A stretch of 63,303 nt of DNA, filler included. It is 15 parts of 15 records of this genome, joined end to end, with 100 filler letters (N's around TTAATTAATTAA, not from the genome) between each part and the next. Parts side by side here need not be neighbours in the genome. Positions count along the whole stretch, not along the records: positions 56,837 to 59,907 come from SRR7504441_56350; positions 60,008 to 63,303 come from SRR7504441_56433; 13 more parts are not named here. One strand, given 5' to 3'. Position numbers and translations under genes: made by a program. Shown in pieces: positions 57,587-63,303 of this stretch. Numbering within the stretch: the stretch's first letter is position 1; each line of letters begins with the position of its first letter. Below the pieces are notes generated by a model. It was given only the letters and a program-made list of their open reading frames with translations, made no database searches and was not told where the DNA came from.

Positions 57587-58660
57587 TCATTCAGCAGCAG
57601 GCGCAGCGCCGAATCTCCTGTAGGAGTTGAAGCGGCTCCTGACCTCGGTTGCGGTGATGTGCCCGGCCTTTGGCAGTCTCGACCGGGCCGGCTGGGCGCT
57701 GATCAGCTTGTCCATTCTGTTCTTATTCGGCCGGGCTGGGGCGTGTGCTGGAGCGTGCGCTGGCCTGCCTATCGCCTGTCCCGGGTTCAGCCCACTCCCT
57801 GTACACTCCCTGGCTCTCCTGACCTTTCGTATAGAGTCCTTGGTCGCTTCAGACACTGGCAGTCGGCCCAGGATTTCGGCTTTGGCCTGGGCGCTCACCG
57901 GCAGCCTGTTTCGGGGGCTCAGCGCCGGCTAGCGGGGCGGCACCTGTCTAGGGCCTGGGCGGCCAGCGCGTGTGAATGCGGCAGGTGGGCCATGATTTCA
58001 GCCTTGACCACCAGCCACGACTCCTGAGTGCTTGCCGTCGCCCGCCGGGACCGCACCCCCCGCCAGCGCCGCTGAATGGCAACGGCGCTCAGTCGGGCTA
58101 GCCGGGCCAGCTGGTCTGTCCTCCGGCGGGAGGCGGCCCCGCGCCACACCCGCTGGATCTGGACCGCCGCCTCCCGCTGCGCCCCCAGCACCGCTCCGGT
58201 CCGCCGCCGGACCGCCCGGCCACGCAGCCCCGCAAGCAGCCGAGAGGCGGCCGTCCCGTCGATCTCGGCCTTGTGAGCCGCGTAGTGACGCGCCTTGCGC
58301 CCGCGAGCAATCCGCTGCAGCGGGGTCGGGCGGACCGTCGGGCGGGGGGCGCACCTGAATGGTTAGCGCGGCTGCTGACTGGGCCCGCCGGAGGACCGTC
58401 AGCCGTATGCGTGTGACGAAACCACGTGCCACTCGCTGGATTGCGGTGACAGCCGCGGCGGCCTCGGCTTTCTTTAGGGCCACGAGCCTGCGGGCGAGCC
58501 GGGCCCGGTATCGGGTTTGGATGGCGGTGGCGGCCGGGCCGTGGGGGCAGCGCTTGACCCATCGGAGGCAGATCTCGCATACTGAGCCATCCCCCTTGCA
58601 CACCACCCGTCGGTTGGTCCGCCACTCCTCGAGGCGGGAGCTGTACCCACACTGCTCCAT
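57587..58660 (-). CDS. IQ calmodulin-binding motif protein
   Basis: AATAIQTRYRARLARR, AVTAIQRVARGFVTR, AAVQIQRVWRGAASRR and SAVAIQRRWRGVRSRR across short-intron-separated exons. Confidence 0.8.
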
Positions 58661-60007
58661 CGATTTGTAAACGGCAGATTTTGCACCCCAAATTTCCACG
58701 CCGGAGAATTATACAAAGCTACCGGTTACAGATGCCAAAGAGGGCGCGGCGCTGGACGGCGCGAGACGATGCACGACGGGTGGCCCGCATGTGCGAGCAG
58801 CACGCGGTCATCGGACAGAGATTGAGCGGACCGTGGAAGGCCCACAAGCACGCCCAGGCGGTCGAGGTCGAGGCCATTGTGGCCGCCTGCCGGAATCCCA
58901 ATCGAGCATACAGGGCTCGAGTAGCTACCTAAAATTTCGCCAATCTGATAAACAAAACGAACAAAATGTCGGGTGAGCAAGTACAGAGCGAGCTTGACGT
59001 GCTTGGAATGAGGGCATCTTGATTGCTAATCATAATTGGTGGTTGTAGATCTACATGTGTTGATACGAGTACAATACCAGGTACCTGCAGTTGGACGGAT
59101 AGATCCACTGTAAACGAAATCAGGTGGCATCCCCTGGCACACCCCGGCAGGTGCCTGCCGATCCGGTGTTGGTTGAGCTGGCTGGTCGCTGAAATGTTTC
59201 TCCCTCCACATATGGGGCACACTGTACAGTGGTAGGTGGGCTGAGCGAGTAGCCGATGCCGCGCACTGATCCACTTGAGGCGCCCGGGGGCGCAGCTGCT
59301 GACCGCTGACAGTGGGCAGGCGGCCAAAGCCCAGCTGGCGGCCGAGACAAAGTCCCGGAGATCGCAGCCCAGCCAGCCAAAACCGGCCGGTCCTGTCAGG
59401 GAAGACAAGCTGCTCCGGGTGGTGGCATCACCCACTTGCTGGCTTCTCCTTAGCTGCTGGGGCTATGGTAACCAGGAGCAAGATGTTCGAGTGAACTACG
59501 AACTGGCTTTCCAGGTCAAAATCATACAGCTGACGGAGAAAATCTACCATCAGGCTCTTTGTGTTCTAGCACGCCAAGCATCCCCTCACAAGTACAGCTC
59601 GGCCGGCAGGCAAAATTGATCAGAATACATCTGGGGCTCGAAGTTCTCCAACAAATGGGCTCAACAAATCTAACTGCACTGCCAGCCGACAAGTGCACAC
59701 TAGCACCCGTGCACTAAGTCGAGCAGCAGTGGCCGAACTTCCGCCACATCTGGTCAACCGTGTGGTCTAGTTATCACAGTAGGCACCTCATGCTCAACCA
59801 TGTTGGGGCAGACTGAGTTCAATGAGACCATCGCTCCAAAGATACACCTGGCTTGGGCGTTGTTAGAAAGCTCAGGATGATATCCTTTTCTGAGTTTCAG
59901 GATGCGTNNNNNNNNNNNNNNNNNNNNNNNNNNNNNNNNNNNNNNNNNNNNTTAATTAATTAANNNNNNNNNNNNNNNNNNNNNNNNNNNNNNNNNNNNN
60001 NNNNNNN

Positions 60008-61427
60008 AATGAGTTCGACAAGTTCCGGCGGCACCAGCTCCAGCCCGTGGCCCTGCCGCACGCCGAGTGCCCGCCCTGCCCCCAGGCTGGCCTGAGCCAG
60101 GTCAGGTATCGGATGCTGGCCGAACCTGTGAGGGCGCTGGCACTCGACTTTACAAAGCAGCTCGAGAAGGCACAAGCCCAGCACAAGTTCACGGCTGCGG
60201 CCGACGGGACGTGGCACGGTGCGGCATCGGGTCTGCCAGGGGTGAGCCGACTGGTCAGGGGTGGCTTTGTGGTACGATCTGCAGCTGGGGGGCTTGTGCA
60301 GTGTGTCGACTGACCCACTGTTACCAAACAACCAGGGCGCGCTCCAGTCTGTTGTGTTCCTGCCGGAACCCGTTGCTGTGTCCAAGGGAGAGTCGATTGA
60401 GTTCGGGAGCAGCCACGATACAGTCAGCTGGCAATTTGAGTGGCCAATGCCCATTCCTAGGTTCCCTGAGGTCGACAACGGTGAGGTGCTCCGGTGGCAC
60501 TGGGCGATGCTGATGGACGAAGATCGTAATGGAGCGTACGAGGCCGCCATCACGGCGGCCATCACCAAAGCTGGGCATGACACTGTGCTAGATATTGGAT
60601 CGGGCACTGGGCTGCTGTCGATGTTTGCAGCGAGGGCCGGAGCCAGGCATATCACCACAGTCGAAGGTTCGGACCAGATGGCAGACTGTGCTGCGCGATG
60701 CATCGCAGCCAACGGATTGGGTTCGGCAATCCATCCGCTGCAGATGATGTCTACCGACATCGTGGTGGGAGAGCAGATGGCTGAGAGGGCCAAACTGTGC
60801 ATCTCTGAGATTGTTGACGTCGGGCTGCTAGGCGAGCACGCTCTGGTGACTATGGCACACGCGGCCGAGCATCTGCTCACGCCAGATGCAGTGGTCATAC
60901 CGTGCGGCGCCACAGTGTACGGATTCCTTTTCGAGATGCCACGGCAGCCGTATTCTCTTTCGCGCCCTCTTGAGCTGGAGGCTGGATTCAACATGCGACC
61001 GTACAACGTATACGCGTACGGACCTAAGCACTACGAGCAGTGCCGGATGCGCGACATTCAGTACTCGCGGATCACTGATGAGTTTGCCATGTGGGACTTT
61101 GACATGACTGGTCGGACCAAATACACTGAGGAGGCCAAGATGCTCCGAGTGACTGCCACGCGCACCGGCACCATCGACGCCGTCTGCTTTTACTTCACAC
61201 TAGACCTGGACGAGAACATTTCTATCTCGACAGCGCCCGAAGTGGAGAACTGTTGGACACAGGCAGTCACCTTCTTTGAGAAGCCGATCCAGGTGAACAA
61301 GGGCGACGTGATTGAGTTGGGCAGCTATCACAAGATCAAGCTCATTTACTGGACTCAACCCAAGGTGGCGGTACCGGCTGCTGTGTCAGCCACCAGTCCG
61401 CCTCTGTCGCCAGTCCCGCCGGGCTGA
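60008..61427 (+). CDS. Protein arginine methyltransferase, PRMT7/PRMT9-like with tandem modules (5' truncated)
   Basis: RWHWAMLMDEDRNGAYEAAI, VLDIGSGTGLLSMFAARAGA, double-E loop SEIVDVGLLGE, NCWTQAV; a second beta-barrel segment lies upstream. Confidence 0.88.
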
Positions 61428-61833
61428 TAGCCGCCAGATGCACCTCATGCTCAATCTATGACTAGATTACGACTAGACACGACCACACAGGCGCCATTGA
61501 CAAGTTTCCACAATGGTTGGTATTGTACGGAACACCTCGCTTGTTCATCTAGCGTTCGAGTGCTCATCATTACTTTACCACCTCACTGTCTGACTGATAC
61601 TAGATTCTAATTTTGAGTATGCACCTAATTTTAAAGAGTAGACCACGTACAATCATGTACCTTCAACACTAGCTAGTATATATAATATTAAGTAGTACTG
61701 ATTGCATGTACTGTATATGAGTTAGTAGACCTAGAGTTAGTCTCACTGATCATGCGCGCTGAAATTTCATCAAACCTAGGTAATCGAACCTATGGAGTAC
61801 TATGGAGGTAATGTTACAGGTATCGATCGAGCT

Positions 61834-63303
61834 CTAGGCCCAGCCAGCGCTCGGTTCCTCCACGGACTGGTCCGGTTGGTCGTGATGTTCTTGCTGCTCT
61901 TGAAGGTGAGCCTGGACCATCTTCTCGTGCTGTGTGAACCCATCGAAAGCCAGCTTAAGGCAATCAAACAGCCGCGCCGCATACTCCTTGACATCTGGGT
62001 CGGTACCAGTCGGCAGCTTGTCTGGATGCACCACGCGGATTGCTCTCTTGTAAGCCGCCTTGATATTATCAACCAAGCAGAGCTCCGACTGCCAGTCGTT
62101 CAAGCCCAACTAGCATGGGCCCGGGTGCCTGCATTACTGGCGTCCATCCGGAATTAGTCCAGAGTACCTGATCCATGTAAACTAGCATCGCCTGCACGCT
62201 GCCGAGAGACTTCCAACTGCACTCGGGTGAGCGCCCTGCCTGCGCCTGGGCTGCACCGCATGAATGTGGCTTCATCGCACTTTAGCTTCATCCCACTGGC
62301 TGCGGCTGGCTGCGGGGCATAGCCCTGGTTGCGCAGCTTGGTGAGCACGGCGTCTTTTAGCTTATCCTCTTTCGTGTACAGCTGGCCCCGATCAGCTCAA
62401 GTCTGGCTGGTCTAAACCTGTTTGTCCGTGTTAAACACTTGCCAGACAAACCCTGTATCCACCCCTAGTTGGGCTGCCACCGAGGCCACCTGCCAGCCGC
62501 TTGCCCCGCCCAACACTCAGTCCAGATTCACCTGATTGGGCGCCACTTCCATCGAAGGAGCAGCGGCCGCCTGCACGGGCTGCGCACCTTCCGTGCCATA
62601 CCCTGCCGCGCCCGGATCTCAGAGCAAAGCCTTTCCCAGTGCCACCTTCCGGCGCCCGCCCGGCCGCTTCGCACTCCTCAGCAAGGCGAAGCAGCTCCTT
62701 CTTCTCCACCACCCCCCGGTACGAGTCAGTTGCCCCACACGCTGCCGACCGATCGCTTCAAACAGCGGCACTCGCACCGTCCAGGAAGCGTTTGAGCTCT
62801 TTTACAGAGAGCGAGTCGCTCAGCCGGAACGGCTCAGCCGGCTTGCTGGCTGCAGGGTCGCCGCTCTTGCCAACTGGCCGGCCGGTGAGCCCGAGCGGAT
62901 CGGGCGAGTTGCCTGAGGTGTTCTGGAAAGAGGTGTTCAGGAAATCTAAGTCATCCAGCTCGACGCTGAAATCATGCGCTGGAGGCTCGAAAAAGTCCTG
63001 CACCGGTTGCTGCTGTTGCTGCATCGGTTGCCCGGGCTGCTGCTGCATCGGTTGCTGTTGCATTGGCTGTTGCTGCTGCATGAGCTGCGCCTGTTGTAGG
63101 GTGGCGAGGACAGCATCTGCCAGCTGCTGCGCATTCTGAGGCTGTGCGGTCCGCCAAACCTGCCCGCTGGTCGGCCCAGCCAGCCGTGGGCCGGCCACCT
63201 GGGTCACCACGTCTGCGTCAAACCCCATCGCCGTCACTTCGTGCACCATGTGCGGCTCACCGGCTCCCGGCTGCCCAGCCTGCTGCTGCTGCTGCTGCTG
63301 CTG
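61834..63303 (-). CDS. Auxilin-like J-domain protein with UBA-like, poly-Q and SAP-like segments (5' truncated)
   Basis: IKAAYKRAIRVVHPDKLP...LFDCLKLAF (C-terminal J domain), VTAMGFDADVV (UBA-like), LSVKELKRFL...VEKKELL, CAG tracts. Confidence 0.8.

Noticed and set aside
63000-63303. CTG/CAG trinucleotide tracts
   Set aside because: Ordinary poly-glutamine coding repeats in the J-domain gene.

Overview
This is not a contiguous locus. It is 15 short eukaryotic contigs (about 3-6 kb each) joined by artificial 100-bp spacers (44 N + TTAATTAATTAA + 44 N), so adjacency across spacers means nothing. The source looks like a GC-rich, gene-dense microbial eukaryote; I cannot assign the lineage from sequence alone. 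Its spliceosomal introns are very short and uniform (mostly 35-47 nt) and often use GC donors. Recognisable genes: two patatin-like phospholipases, propionyl-CoA carboxylase alpha, an RCC1+MORN protein, a BAG+alpha-crystallin fusion, a HAD phosphatase, organellar HslU, a Ubl-WW-SAP-like protein, an arylsulfatase, HisC, prohibitin, glutamate-cysteine ligase, an anoctamin, a cytochrome b5-fused desaturase, a SAM methyltransferase, a GT90 glycosyltransferase, an NCoR/SNT1-like SANT protein, a TRF4-like nucleotidyltransferase, an IQ protein, a PRMT7/9-like enzyme and an auxilin-like J protein. Decayed fragments include ALDH, a sulfatase copy, a copia RT, a C5 DNA methyltransferase and a tRNA-like element. 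The strongest unexplained signals are: (1) a MYB-type YAACGG motif sitting 0-6 nt before several start codons and forming a dense, ~10-bp-phased array through the hslU introns and exons; (2) a Flower/TVP18-like 4-TM module spliced in frame onto an anoctamin; (3) a degenerate EF-hand pair inserted in HslU; (4) frequent GC-AG mini-introns; (5) 5'-to-3' CpG loss inside long genes; (6) spacers containing gene fragments scarred by micro-duplications. All domain calls come from motifs recognised by eye; no database searches were run.
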